64,000 nt of DNA from Betaproteobacteria bacterium TMED22. Its GTDB lineage: Bacteria > Pseudomonadota > Gammaproteobacteria > Burkholderiales > Eutrophovitaceae. Numbering within the stretch: the first letter of the stretch is position 1; each line of letters begins with the position of its first letter. Both the position numbers and the translations under genes were made by a program. The DNA is taken from NCBI GenBank assembly GCA_002167745.1, contig NHCB01000010.1:30852-94851 (forward strand), read 5' to 3'. Below the pieces are notes generated by a model. It saw only the letters and a list, made by a program, of their open reading frames with translations. It was not told where the DNA came from and searched no databases. This document shows positions 1-9,686 of the stretch, one piece after another.

Positions 1-923
1 AAACCAAAGACTTCTCAGGAGTCACCGAATATGAACCTACCGAATTGGTTTTAACCGCCAGAAGTGGTACACCACTGAAAGACATTGAACGTACGTTAGA
101 GGAGAACAATCAGATATTGCCATTCGAACCTCCCCACATGGGATCAGAGGCTACATTTGGTGGGTGCATCGCCTCAGGGTTTTCTGGTCCAAGGCGCGCA
201 TCACAGGGGGCTGTCCGTGACTTCGTACTTGGAGCCAGAATACTTAATGCAGATGCTGATGATCTTCAATTTGGCGGAAAAGTTATGAAAAATGTCGCAG
301 GCTTTGATGTATCTAGGCTACTAGCAGGATCATTCGGGACACTCGGATTGATCCTTGAGTCGTCTATCAAAGTTCTACCAAAACCAGAAGTGGAACGCAC
401 AGTTTTCTTTGAGTTAGACCATCGGTCCGCCCTGGATAAAATGAATACATTAGCCGGTACACCAATTCCATTATCGGCTACCTGCTTCGACGGAAACCGA
501 CTCGCAGTACGTTTATCTGGCTCAGAAATTGGAGTTACCGCAGCACGGAAAAAAATTGGCGGTGAGACCACTGAGGAAAGCTCTTACTGGGAATCAATAA
601 AAGAACAAACGCACCCTTTTTTCGAGGCTGAGGGATGTCTTTATCGTTTGTCAATTAACCCAACCGCGCCAATAGATCAATATGACGATGCGTTAATTGA
701 GTGGAATGGGAGTACCCGATGGATTTGGAATAATGGGACGTTAAGCGAGCACCAGGAATTTGCTAATCAATATGGCGGATACGCGACTGTGTTTCGCGGT
801 AACCGGCTAGGTGAACCAATCAACATGATGTCTCCAGCGCTACAAAAGCTTCAACAAAAGATAAAAATCTCCATGGATCCTGACGGCATATTCGGGAAAA
901 AAAGATTATTTACCGAATTTTAA
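1..923 (+). CDS. glcE: glycolate oxidase FAD-binding subunit GlcE, 5' end cut by window edge
   Basis: Frame 3 is open from nt 3 (TKDFSGVTEYEPTELVLTARSGTPL...), so the TTG at 45 is not the true start. The sequence is GlcE-like and glcF follows 27 nt downstream. Confidence 0.75.
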   Translation, partial: TKDFSGVTEYEPTELVLTARSGTPLKDIERTLEENNQILPFEPPHMGSEATFGGCIASGFSGPRRASQGAVRDFVLGARILNADADDLQFGGKVMKNVAGFDVSRLLAGSFGTLGLILESSIKVLPKPEVERTVFFELDHRSALDKMNTLAGTPIPLSATCFDGNRLAVRLSGSEIGVTAARKKIGGETTEESSYWESIKEQTHPFFEAEGCLYRLSINPTAPIDQYDDALIEWNGSTRWIWNNGTLSEHQEFANQYGGYATVFRGNRLGEPINMMSPALQKLQQKIKISMDPDGIFGKKRLFTEF

Positions 924-950
924 TTTACTCCTAAACCGTAAAACGTATCG

Positions 951-2195
951 ATGAAAACAAATTTAGAAACTGCGATCCTAGAGACCCGCGAAGGTAAGGA
1001 AGCGAACGACATATTGCGGTCCTGTGTCCACTGTGGATTTTGCACAGCTACATGTCCAACTTACCAACTGCTGGGTGACGAACTTGACAGCCCAAGAGGA
1101 CGTATTTACCTAATCAAAGAGTTACTCGAAGGTCAAAAACCTACAGAAGCGACTCAAACCCATTTAGACCGTTGTCTTACATGCAGGTCCTGTGAATCAA
1201 CATGTCCATCAGGAGTGCAATACGGCAGACTAGTCGACATTGGACGCAACATCGTTGAAAAAACCGTATCGCGCCCGATAGGGGAGCGCGTAAAACGCCA
1301 TGCTTTAGAAAAAATCATCACCAAAAGGACAATTTTTCGTTCGTTAATCACTCTCGGTAAGATAGCTAAACCAGCGTTACCTAAAGTACTTCAGAAAAAA
1401 ATTCCGATGGTACAAAAGGTCGTCATGAAGTGGCCCCAATCGAATCACTCTCGTAAAATGCTCTTCCTAGACGGATGTGTACAGCCTGTCTTAGCGCCAA
1501 ACATTAACATCTCGACCGCTCTGCTTCTTGACCGACTAAAGATAACGCTCATACCAACATCACAGGTTAACTGTTGTGGCGCAGTAACGTACCACCTGAA
1601 TAAGCAGACCGAATCGCTGGTCTTCATAAAGCAAAATATTGATGCTTGGTGGCCACTCATCGAAAGCGGGGCCGAAGCAATCGTTATCACTGCAAGCGGA
1701 TGCGGTACGATGATAAAAGAATATGGTCATCTTTTAGCAGAGGACCCAATGTATGCGCACAAAGCTAAAGTCATCTCTGACATGACTAAAGATCTTTGTG
1801 AGGTGTTCACGGACGAATTCGCGTTACTCAAAGAAAAAGTATTGGAGCCGGTCAAACAAAAACAAAGTGAACCGTCTAGAGTTGCATTTCACGCACCATG
1901 TAGTTTACAACACGGGCAACAAATTAAGGGTGTTGTAGAGACGTTTCTCACGAGTGCTGGTTATACATTAACAACCATAAAGGATTCACACCTTTGTTGC
2001 GGTTCAGCTGGAACATATTCGTTGCTTCAACCTGACTTATCCGAGAAACTACTGGATAGTAAAATAGAAAATATTGAACGCGAACATCCAAAGTTAATCG
2101 TGACCGCTAATATTGGGTGTCTCACCCAACTTCAGGGAGGCACTAAAACTAGAGTATTGCATTGGGCTGAATTGTTAGAAGAGGCGCTGGCCTAA
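951..2195 (+). CDS. glcF: glycolate oxidase iron-sulfur subunit GlcF
   Basis: Two ferredoxin-type cluster motifs (CVHCGFCTATCP, CLTCRSCESTCP) plus two C-terminal Cys-rich CCG-type regions. Sits directly after glcE. Confidence 0.85.
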   Translation: MKTNLETAILETREGKEANDILRSCVHCGFCTATCPTYQLLGDELDSPRGRIYLIKELLEGQKPTEATQTHLDRCLTCRSCESTCPSGVQYGRLVDIGRNIVEKTVSRPIGERVKRHALEKIITKRTIFRSLITLGKIAKPALPKVLQKKIPMVQKVVMKWPQSNHSRKMLFLDGCVQPVLAPNINISTALLLDRLKITLIPTSQVNCCGAVTYHLNKQTESLVFIKQNIDAWWPLIESGAEAIVITASGCGTMIKEYGHLLAEDPMYAHKAKVISDMTKDLCEVFTDEFALLKEKVLEPVKQKQSEPSRVAFHAPCSLQHGQQIKGVVETFLTSAGYTLTTIKDSHLCCGSAGTYSLLQPDLSEKLLDSKIENIEREHPKLIVTANIGCLTQLQGGTKTRVLHWAELLEEALA

Positions 2196-2222
2196 ATAAC
2201 ATCGTTTACCAAGGGGATCTTA

Positions 2223-2969
2223 ATGAAAAAAATTGCACTTATTACAGGAGCAACAGCTGGATTCGGGAATTCGTCCGTTAAAAAATTCATTGATAACGGT
2301 TGGAAAGTGATTGCTACGGGGAGACGCGAAGAACGTCTCCTTAAGCTAAAGGAGCAATTTGGAGATGCACTACACCCCCTCACTTTCGACATTCAAAATA
2401 GCAAGCAAATCAATCAAGCAATCGACTCATTACCCTCAGAATTCAAGGATATTGACTTACTGATTAACAATGCAGGCCTCGCATTAGGAACTGCTGCTGC
2501 TCAAGATTGCGACCTAGAACAATGGAATACTATGGTCGATACAAATATCCGAGGACTTATGGCCATGACACACAAAGTGCTTCCTACACTTATCCAGCAG
2601 CGGGGTGCGGTAATCAATATTAGCTCTGTGGCAGCAAGTTACCCTTATCCCGGAGGAAACGTGTATGGGGGCACTAAAGCATTCGTTGTGCAATTTTCAC
2701 TTGGATTAAGGTCAGACCTTCATGGCACCGGAGTTCGAGTTACATGCGTAGAGCCGGGAATGTCAGAGACCGAGTTCACACTGGTGCGCACAAAAGGCAA
2801 TCAATCCGCTTCAGATAAGCTTTATGAAGGCGCAAATCCAATGACGGGAGAAGATATCGCTCAAACACTGCATTGGATTGCCACGCTCCCACCTCATATG
2901 AATATCAATCGAGTAGAACTCATGCCGGTAAATCAATCATTTAGTCCCTTCCAAATACATCGAAACTAA
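2223..2969 (+). CDS. short-chain dehydrogenase/reductase, YdfG-like NADP-dependent 3-hydroxy acid dehydrogenase
   Basis: Rossmann motif TGATAGFG, NNAG, catalytic YGGTKAF (YxxxK); 248 aa. Confidence 0.75.
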   Translation: MKKIALITGATAGFGNSSVKKFIDNGWKVIATGRREERLLKLKEQFGDALHPLTFDIQNSKQINQAIDSLPSEFKDIDLLINNAGLALGTAAAQDCDLEQWNTMVDTNIRGLMAMTHKVLPTLIQQRGAVINISSVAASYPYPGGNVYGGTKAFVVQFSLGLRSDLHGTGVRVTCVEPGMSETEFTLVRTKGNQSASDKLYEGANPMTGEDIAQTLHWIATLPPHMNINRVELMPVNQSFSPFQIHRN

Positions 2970-2993
2970 ATCTTAGATTTACCATAAGCCAAT

Positions 2994-4073
2994 CTAAGTT
3001 CCTAGCGTAATTAGCGCTTCCCTCAGTCGAACCATAAACGCCTCGGCGTGAAATGGATTAATCCACCTCACTATGGTTACAGCATTTAACTCAGGATCGA
3101 TCCAGGTGTATGAACCACCAGCACCAATGGCAAAGATACTTGACTCCGGCAATCTGGGAAATAAAATGCGATCGGTATTCAACCAGGTCAAATAACCATA
3201 ATATGGCGCGAGGTGTGATGGCGTAAACATCGAATTAATCCAATTTTCGCTAACCAATGTATCGGCTCTCCAACGACCTTTTTGCAGCAGCAATTGTCCG
3301 ATCAATACTTGATCTTGGCTTGAAATTCTCACACCCCCACCCCAATGACTTCCACCTGGAAGTGTTGGCATCGAGATACCATCGATATTAATGTGAGCGT
3401 CTGCGTAAGGCGTCCAAGCCCAATCGCACGAACAACCAATAGGCGCAAGAATCCTCTGTTCGAACACTTCGTCAAGAGGTTGTCGAAAAAGATGTAACAA
3501 GGCAAGTGATAATTGATTAATTCTGACATCGTTATACTCCCAATACGTCCCGGGGTCATTCAGCTTGCGTTTTGTTCCTTTCTGTAAATTACTTCTATAC
3601 TGCGAATCCTGAAATGATAAATATCGGTAATGGTCTACTTGATCAGGAACACCACAACAAACCCCTTCCCATTCACTTGTCTGGTGCAACAAATGCCTCC
3701 ACGTTACAGATTTGTTGTGTGAAGAGTCGAATCCAATACCTGGTAATGATGTCTCTACGCATTCATCAATATCTCTGATTAAACCTGCGTCGAACGCAAG
3801 ACCGCATAGGACGGCCAGATAAGTCTTTGCAACACTGAACGTTAAATCTGGACGCCGAAAATCACCCCAAGAAATGAGATTTTCTCCATTTAAAACAACC
3901 GCTCCAGAAACACCACCTCGAGGAAATACAGGCCCCCGCATACTATTCCAAGGTGGCATATCATCTTCATGAATACCCCAAGGGCTAGAGTTATCCCGAG
4001 TCCAATCGATTTCATTATTTAAAGCGAAAGATATACAATCTTCCAAGATATCTTCTGCCAAAAAAGAGGTCAT
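2994..4073 (-). CDS. serine hydrolase, beta-lactamase-related family
   Basis: SxxK motif (FSVAKTYL) in a ~360-aa protein with a beta-lactamase/transpeptidase-like layout. No signal peptide seen. Confidence 0.55.
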   Translation of the reverse strand: MTSFLAEDILEDCISFALNNEIDWTRDNSSPWGIHEDDMPPWNSMRGPVFPRGGVSGAVVLNGENLISWGDFRRPDLTFSVAKTYLAVLCGLAFDAGLIRDIDECVETSLPGIGFDSSHNKSVTWRHLLHQTSEWEGVCCGVPDQVDHYRYLSFQDSQYRSNLQKGTKRKLNDPGTYWEYNDVRINQLSLALLHLFRQPLDEVFEQRILAPIGCSCDWAWTPYADAHINIDGISMPTLPGGSHWGGGVRISSQDQVLIGQLLLQKGRWRADTLVSENWINSMFTPSHLAPYYGYLTWLNTDRILFPRLPESSIFAIGAGGSYTWIDPELNAVTIVRWINPFHAEAFMVRLREALITLGT

Positions 4074-4079
4074 GACAAT

Positions 4080-4352
4080 CTATAGATCGTCACGTCGACT
4101 TTCGCCATCGAACACTCTACCTTCCTCGGGTGCCTCTCTGAATCTCTTTCTCACATGGCGTGTCTTCCACCAAAAATAGACAATCAGCAGTAGCGCTAAT
4201 ATCGCCGCAATAGCCAGCAAAACAATCGAAAACATAAATGCCAACACTAGTCCTACGAGTCCTACTATTGCCAAAAGCACCCGGCTAAAAATTGACCACC
4301 CACCGACGGATGTTTGATCATTAACACTGAAACGGTAAATTTTCTTTTTCAT
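4080..4352 (-). CDS. small membrane protein, unknown function
   Basis: 90-aa ORF with two strongly hydrophobic helices and a basic/acidic C-terminal tail. Lies 6 nt upstream of the serine hydrolase gene on the same strand. Confidence 0.4.
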   Translation of the reverse strand: MKKKIYRFSVNDQTSVGGWSIFSRVLLAIVGLVGLVLAFMFSIVLLAIAAILALLLIVYFWWKTRHVRKRFREAPEEGRVFDGESRRDDL

Positions 4353-4426
4353 TTCTTAGATTTAATTTCTCCTCAAATAATCCTTATGATCAGCCCTTAT
4401 CAGCATTCATGCAAATCTAATTTAAT

Positions 4427-5311
4427 TTATGACATAGCCCACAAATGCGCGGCAAGTAATCCACGCCATGGTCGATACTGAGCTAACCATTGCTCCACTT
4501 CCCCTGCCGACATCATTGATTTTTTTAATAGTTGCTGTATTCTTTTGCGGATTACGACATCTCCATGTAGCGAACCGTCCAAAAAAGCATAGCCTCTTAA
4601 CAGAGTATAGTTAACTGTCCATGGACCGACGCCCTTCACGCAAAGCAGATCACGCGACAGTATCTCGAAATAGTTACTGGTACTTACTTCATTCAGTGAG
4701 AAAGCGCCTGAATCGATCGATGTAGCTAATCGATGAATCGTGCTCGCTTTTGCAAATGACATACCAAACTTGCGCAACTCATCAACGTTTAGCGCGGCAA
4801 TAGTTACGGGGTTTGGGAAGCAATGCAGGCCAGACGAATGTGGTACACCCAATCCTTTGATGAATCTAGATCTCATCGCGGTCGCAGCAACAACACTGAC
4901 CTGTTGACCAATAATCGATCCAACTAAAGCTTCCCATGCGGAGACTGCTTGAGGCACACGTAACCCTTTTGTTTTACGTACCATTCTCCTTAATACGCGA
5001 TCAGCAAACGCTATTGATTCAAACTCAGCAACTGGCTGAGACAATCCTAAGACACGTAAAACAACCGACTCGACCAATAACTTAAGGTGTTCTTTCTTTA
5101 ATCTTGCGTCAACACTGGCCTCTATATCAGCGTGTATTCCGCGAAAATGAACCGCGAAATAAGCTGGGCAGTTTTTTATCCATAATGCTTTTTCAAAGCC
5201 TTCTTTTCCAGCCTTCTCAGAAGACCCCGTTTGATCCCTACCGTAATATTGGAGCACCTCCTGAATTCTATAATTTTCAGGCAAGGAAATGGTTAAGTTG
5301 ATAGCAGTCAT
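4427..5311 (-). CDS. alkA: DNA-3-methyladenine glycosylase 2 (AlkA family)
   Basis: HhH-GPD region (VKGVGPWTVNYTLLRGY...DG) with an AlkA-type N-terminal domain; 294 aa. Confidence 0.7.
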   Translation of the reverse strand: MTAINLTISLPENYRIQEVLQYYGRDQTGSSEKAGKEGFEKALWIKNCPAYFAVHFRGIHADIEASVDARLKKEHLKLLVESVVLRVLGLSQPVAEFESIAFADRVLRRMVRKTKGLRVPQAVSAWEALVGSIIGQQVSVVAATAMRSRFIKGLGVPHSSGLHCFPNPVTIAALNVDELRKFGMSFAKASTIHRLATSIDSGAFSLNEVSTSNYFEILSRDLLCVKGVGPWTVNYTLLRGYAFLDGSLHGDVVIRKRIQQLLKKSMMSAGEVEQWLAQYRPWRGLLAAHLWAMS

Positions 5312-5413
5312 TTATCTACCTTTCAAAGCGAGCTTCCACAATAATATTGTTAAAATTATATCCTCGGTAAGACTCGGCATTGATGACTATAACTAAATAA
5401 TAAAAGGTACGTT

Positions 5414-6151
5414 ATGGCGGATTCGATTATCCAAAAAGTTCGAGAAGAACTCACAGAAAAAAATATTATTCGAATTGGCATTAACGCATCTAATTTTTTA
5501 CTTGTTTCGAGTCTCAATTCAAATGGCTTACCATTTGGCATAGCTCCCGACCTGGGGCGTTTTTTTGCACAAGCCTTAGATGTTTATCCTAACTTCATAG
5601 TATTTGATAACCCCGGGGAATTAGCTGATGGAGGCTTAAAAGGCGCGTGGGATATTGCCTTCGTTGGCAATGAACCACAAAGGGCTAAGGATATTGCATT
5701 TTCTGCGCCGTATTTAGAGATACCGGTAACTTTTCTAGTACGGGAAGGCTCGAAAATTCAAGTTTTATCTGATGTCGATCAGGTGGGGAATCGTATTTCA
5801 GTCATGAATCGCAGTGCTTATGATCTCTACTTATCGGCCACAATCAAAAATGCGACGATTGTGCGAGCACAATCAATTAACGAATCATTTGAACAGTTCA
5901 TTCGAGATGACCTTGAGGTATTAGGTGGTTTAAAACCTCGGCTAGTTTCTGATTGTAAAAAAATACCTGGGAGTCGAATACTTGATGGACGAATAACAAC
6001 AGTTAAGCAATCAGCAGGTACGCTCCCCATACATAAGGAGAGCGCTCAATATCTACATGACTTCATTGAGCAGGCTAAAGCAACTGGACTGGTAAGCGAT
6101 TTAATAAAAAAATATAGTGTGCATGGAGTCCTCGTCGCCCCACCCGCTTGA
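5414..6151 (+). CDS. family-3 solute-binding-domain protein (ABC-type substrate binding-like)
   Basis: PBPb-like sequence pattern and length. No obvious signal peptide, so localisation is uncertain. Confidence 0.5.
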   Translation: MADSIIQKVREELTEKNIIRIGINASNFLLVSSLNSNGLPFGIAPDLGRFFAQALDVYPNFIVFDNPGELADGGLKGAWDIAFVGNEPQRAKDIAFSAPYLEIPVTFLVREGSKIQVLSDVDQVGNRISVMNRSAYDLYLSATIKNATIVRAQSINESFEQFIRDDLEVLGGLKPRLVSDCKKIPGSRILDGRITTVKQSAGTLPIHKESAQYLHDFIEQAKATGLVSDLIKKYSVHGVLVAPPA

Positions 6152-6171
6152 CGGATTCCAATATCCTCACC

Positions 6172-6825
6172 TCAGATACGTTTGAATTGCTTCATTACTT
6201 CTGTGAAGCTGATTCCGCGTCGAATTTCTGACGCCGCCTGGATATCATCCGCCTGATACTGAGTTGCTCTTTCTAGTACCGTTTGTGCCTGATCTTCAGG
6301 CACCACGACTAGTCCAGTGGAGTCCCCAATAATGATATCTCCACAGTTCACACTAATTCCATCTAAATTAATTTCATTACCTATTGATTTCACATTAAGT
6401 CGAGTACGACCGGTGGTGGGGATGACATAACGGCTAAACACATTAAATCCACAGGCATTAATCTCATCTACATCACGGACCGATCCATCCACGACCAGCC
6501 CGGCAATACCTTTAACTGTTGCAGCCAATGAGGCCATACCTCCCCATATAGAGACCTTGGCTCCCTTTGCAGATACCACAAGAACATCTCCACTTTGAGC
6601 TGCATCTATCATGGCTCCTACTCGAAAATTTTCCGATGAGAAGTCTCCGACCTCGCCAACCTCAATCTCAACCGTGACGGCAGGGCCAATCAATCGCATC
6701 CCCTGATGAATAGGACGTATTGCTACAGAACTGTTAATGAACTTAGCTACATCATCTAATGCGTTCGCAATAGTCGCGGTCGGGATCCCTTTCAACCCTT
6801 TTAAAATTTCATCGATATCTGTCAT
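6172..6825 (-). CDS. RraA family protein / 4-hydroxy-4-methyl-2-oxoglutarate-type aldolase
   Basis: RraA-like pattern (TATIANALDD..., GPAVTV, GGMASLAA..G..GLVVDGSVRD); 217 aa. Immediately downstream of the IlvD/Edd dehydratase gene. Confidence 0.7.
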   Translation of the reverse strand: MTDIDEILKGLKGIPTATIANALDDVAKFINSSVAIRPIHQGMRLIGPAVTVEIEVGEVGDFSSENFRVGAMIDAAQSGDVLVVSAKGAKVSIWGGMASLAATVKGIAGLVVDGSVRDVDEINACGFNVFSRYVIPTTGRTRLNVKSIGNEINLDGISVNCGDIIIGDSTGLVVVPEDQAQTVLERATQYQADDIQAASEIRRGISFTEVMKQFKRI

Positions 6826-6893
6826 TCATATCCATATACAATTTAAGATAATGAGCATCTACGGAAGACGAAGCCATTGTTATTGATCAATAA

Positions 6894-8735
6894 TTAATGA
6901 TTGTCCCTCGGTATACCTTTTTTGCGATCAATTTTCTGATACTTGATCGCGGGCTTAAGCACCATACCCTCTGACAACTCATCGACATAAGCTCTTTGAA
7001 TTTCTTGCCAGGGTGTCTGACTATCTGGAATTGGATGACCTCCCCCAGACCTTAACTTGCGCTGTCGACGGATAATTTCGGCCTTGGAAATACAGATATC
7101 AACCGATCGCTTATTGAGGTCAATCCGAACAATGTCGTTAGTTGCAAGAATAGCAAGGTTTCCGCCAGTCGCAGCCTCTGGAGAGGCATTCAAAATTGAC
7201 GGAGATCCTGAGGTTCCTGACTGTCTTCCATCTCCAATACAAGGTAATTCTTGAACGCCAGCTCTAATTAACCGAGCTGGCGGCTGCATGTTAACCACCT
7301 CGGCCGCGCCTGGATAACCCACTGGTCCCACACCACGCACAAACAACATACAAGTGTCATCTATTTTTAATTTTGGATCGTCAATTCTTTTATGATAGTC
7401 CTCAGGACCTTCAAAAACGATTGCGCGTCCTTCAAATGCATTCGGGTCATCAGGATTAGACAAATACTTTTCTCGAAAGGAATCAGAAATAACGCTGGTC
7501 TTCATAATCGCGCTATCGAAAAGATTACCCTTCATATTAAGGAATCCCGCCTTATCCTTCATTGGTTTTTTTATTGGCCAAATAACAGCCTCATCCAAGA
7601 CCTTGAATTTCTCACAGTTCTTGTAGAGTGTCTTCCCGTTAACAGTTGTAGCTGCCTTATTAATCACCCCTGCTTTGATTAGTCGACTCACAACACCAGG
7701 AACACCTCCGGCATGATGGAAGTCCTCTCCCAGATACTCACCCGCTGGCTGCATATTGACAATTAGAGGGACGTTATAACCCACACGCTCCCAATCATGG
7801 TTATCTAATTCAACGCCTAAATGCTTTGCAATCGCATTAAAGTGAATCGGCGCGTTAGTCGACCCACCAATCGCAGAATTAACTGCAATCATGTTTTCGA
7901 AAGCCGCCTTAGTCATAATTTGTGATGGACGAAGATCTTCCCAGACCATTTCAACAATACGCTTACCAGTAAGATAAGCGTTCTCAGCACGCTCACGATG
8001 TGGCGCTGGTATGGCAGCGCCACCGGGTAATGACATGCCAATAGCCTCTGCAAGCGCATTCATGGTGGATGCCGTTCCCATCGTGTTGCAGTGTCCCGCA
8101 GACGGCGCTGATGAAGCGATTATCTCTATATATTGTTCGTGGTTGATTTCTCCCGCTGCCAGTAGTTTTCTGGCTTCCCAAACTATCGTCCCCGACCCAG
8201 TCCGCTTTCCTCTAAACCAACCGTTAAGCATTGGGCCACCAGATAGTACGATTGCAGGTATGTCTACGGTTGCAGCAGCCATCAGTTGTGCAGGCGTGGT
8301 TTTATCGCAACCCGTAGTCAGCACTACGCCATCAATAAAGTACCCGTAAAGTAATTCAACAAGTCCTAAATAACATAGATTTCGATCCAAGGTGGCACTC
8401 GGTCGCTTACCTGTTTCTTGAATGGGATGGACCGGAAATTCAAAGGCAATGCCTCCCGCCTCCCTTATACCCTCCCGAACCCTTTTTGCAAGCTCCAAAT
8501 GATGTCGATTACACGGCGAAAGATCTGATCCAGATTGGGCAATACCTATGATCGGCTTACCAGACTGTAACTCCTCACGACTGATACCCCAATTCATGTA
8601 GCGCTCAATGTAGAGCGCAGTCATATCAGGATTGCTAGGATTATTAAACCATTGCCTTGATCTCAATCGAGATGAATCTTCGATACCCTTGGCGGTAACT
8701 TTCTTTTTTTTAACTTTTTTCTTCTTCTCGTTCAT
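6894..8735 (-). CDS. IlvD/Edd family dehydratase (sugar-acid dehydratase type, e.g. arabinonate/xylonate-like)
   Basis: Motifs [25 protein letters not shown] and a C-terminal [20 protein letters not shown]. Lys-rich N-terminus. Confidence 0.8.
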   Translation of the reverse strand: MNEKKKKVKKKKVTAKGIEDSSRLRSRQWFNNPSNPDMTALYIERYMNWGISREELQSGKPIIGIAQSGSDLSPCNRHHLELAKRVREGIREAGGIAFEFPVHPIQETGKRPSATLDRNLCYLGLVELLYGYFIDGVVLTTGCDKTTPAQLMAAATVDIPAIVLSGGPMLNGWFRGKRTGSGTIVWEARKLLAAGEINHEQYIEIIASSAPSAGHCNTMGTASTMNALAEAIGMSLPGGAAIPAPHRERAENAYLTGKRIVEMVWEDLRPSQIMTKAAFENMIAVNSAIGGSTNAPIHFNAIAKHLGVELDNHDWERVGYNVPLIVNMQPAGEYLGEDFHHAGGVPGVVSRLIKAGVINKAATTVNGKTLYKNCEKFKVLDEAVIWPIKKPMKDKAGFLNMKGNLFDSAIMKTSVISDSFREKYLSNPDDPNAFEGRAIVFEGPEDYHKRIDDPKLKIDDTCMLFVRGVGPVGYPGAAEVVNMQPPARLIRAGVQELPCIGDGRQSGTSGSPSILNASPEAATGGNLAILATNDIVRIDLNKRSVDICISKAEIIRRQRKLRSGGGHPIPDSQTPWQEIQRAYVDELSEGMVLKPAIKYQKIDRKKGIPRDNH

Positions 8736-8854
8736 CTGCTCCCCCTTATTCTTATATATTCTAATACCTATTATGCTCAGTTTTTAACTATCGATCTAGG
8801 AATGAGAATAAGACATTTAATAGAAGGCCCGCAAGATCGTAAGAGTTAGCGATC

Positions 8855-8885
8855 AAAAAAAAGCCGTCTTCAACAATAGACGGCT
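8855..8885 (-). terminator. rho-independent terminator after the response-regulator gene
   Basis: 8-bp perfect stem AGCCGTCT (8862-8869) / AGACGGCT (8878-8885) with an 8-nt loop. On the minus strand it is followed by a run of 8 T (plus-strand A-run 8855-8862). Confidence 0.7.
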
Positions 8886-9009
8886 TAGTATTACAGAAGG
8901 AGTATGTATACGTTACAACCCTAACAATACGCTGGTAACCATTTACTCGCACGAGCCAATTCAACGGTTTGCACACGGGAATTCTTCCCAAGATCCCGTT
9001 TTTATGTCC

Positions 9010-9660
9010 CTAGGACTTGTCTACCGAGGATATGACACCATGATCAATGGCGATACGAACAATTTGTGCGGCAGTCGTTGCGCCCAATTTTTGTCTTATG
9101 TTTGACTGATAATTTGCCACGGTCTTATACGAGATATGCAGCGCTGCAGATATCTCATTCAGCGTTTTTCCCTGAACAAGTAAATGAAAGATCTCAAATT
9201 CACGACCAGACAGCGAATCAAGATCCTTCCCGCTGTCAGATATTGTCTGACTCGCTATCGATTGTGCCATTTCATGGCTCAAATACAGCTTACCCAATGA
9301 AACCTGACGCACGGCCTCAATTAACGCCTCTGGTGCTGCAGACTTGGTTACGTAGCCCTTCGCACCAGCTTGAAACGCCCTATTCACGAATACCATATCC
9401 TCGTGCATACTGAATATCAGAATTTTTTGGCCAGGAATCTTACTTAAGATCCGGCGCGTCACCTCAATTCCACTCATTCCTGGCAACGTGATATCCATTA
9501 CTACGACATCCGGCTGCTTATCGCAGACTAAACGATACCCGTCGCCTGCCGTCTCGCCTTCGGCTAGAACTTGGATATGAGAATCTCTCTCCAGCAGTCT
9601 TCGATAGCCTTCTCGGACGACCGCATGATCATCAATGAGGATTACAGTAATATCTTGCAT
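9010..9660 (-). CDS. NarL/LuxR-family response regulator
   Basis: Receiver domain (ILIDDH..., VVVMDITLPGMSG) plus a GerE/LuxR HTH (LSGREFEIFHLLVQGKTLNEISAALHISYKTVANY). Confidence 0.85.
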   Translation of the reverse strand: MQDITVILIDDHAVVREGYRRLLERDSHIQVLAEGETAGDGYRLVCDKQPDVVVMDITLPGMSGIEVTRRILSKIPGQKILIFSMHEDMVFVNRAFQAGAKGYVTKSAAPEALIEAVRQVSLGKLYLSHEMAQSIASQTISDSGKDLDSLSGREFEIFHLLVQGKTLNEISAALHISYKTVANYQSNIRQKLGATTAAQIVRIAIDHGVISSVDKS

Positions 9661-9686
9661 AGCTCTCTTGAGTTAGTTTTTGGCTA

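Noticed and set aside
266-571. Many 60-130-aa track ORFs lie antisense to or nested in long well-supported genes. Examples: 266-571, 1154-1351, 1445-1690, 3329-3559, 7392-7682, 8011-8349, 9066-9413, 9961-10332, 10851-11132, 23105-23416, 26496-26885, 27232-27561, 27805-28119, 36116-36520, 37358-37699, 46655-47038, 48835-49161, 54661-54966, 56636-56935.
   Set aside because: Each is fully overlapped by a gene with clear family motifs on the other strand or frame. Their translations are low-complexity or Ser/Arg/Pro-rich in the way shadow ORFs typically are, and none has recognisable motifs or a ribosome-binding site.
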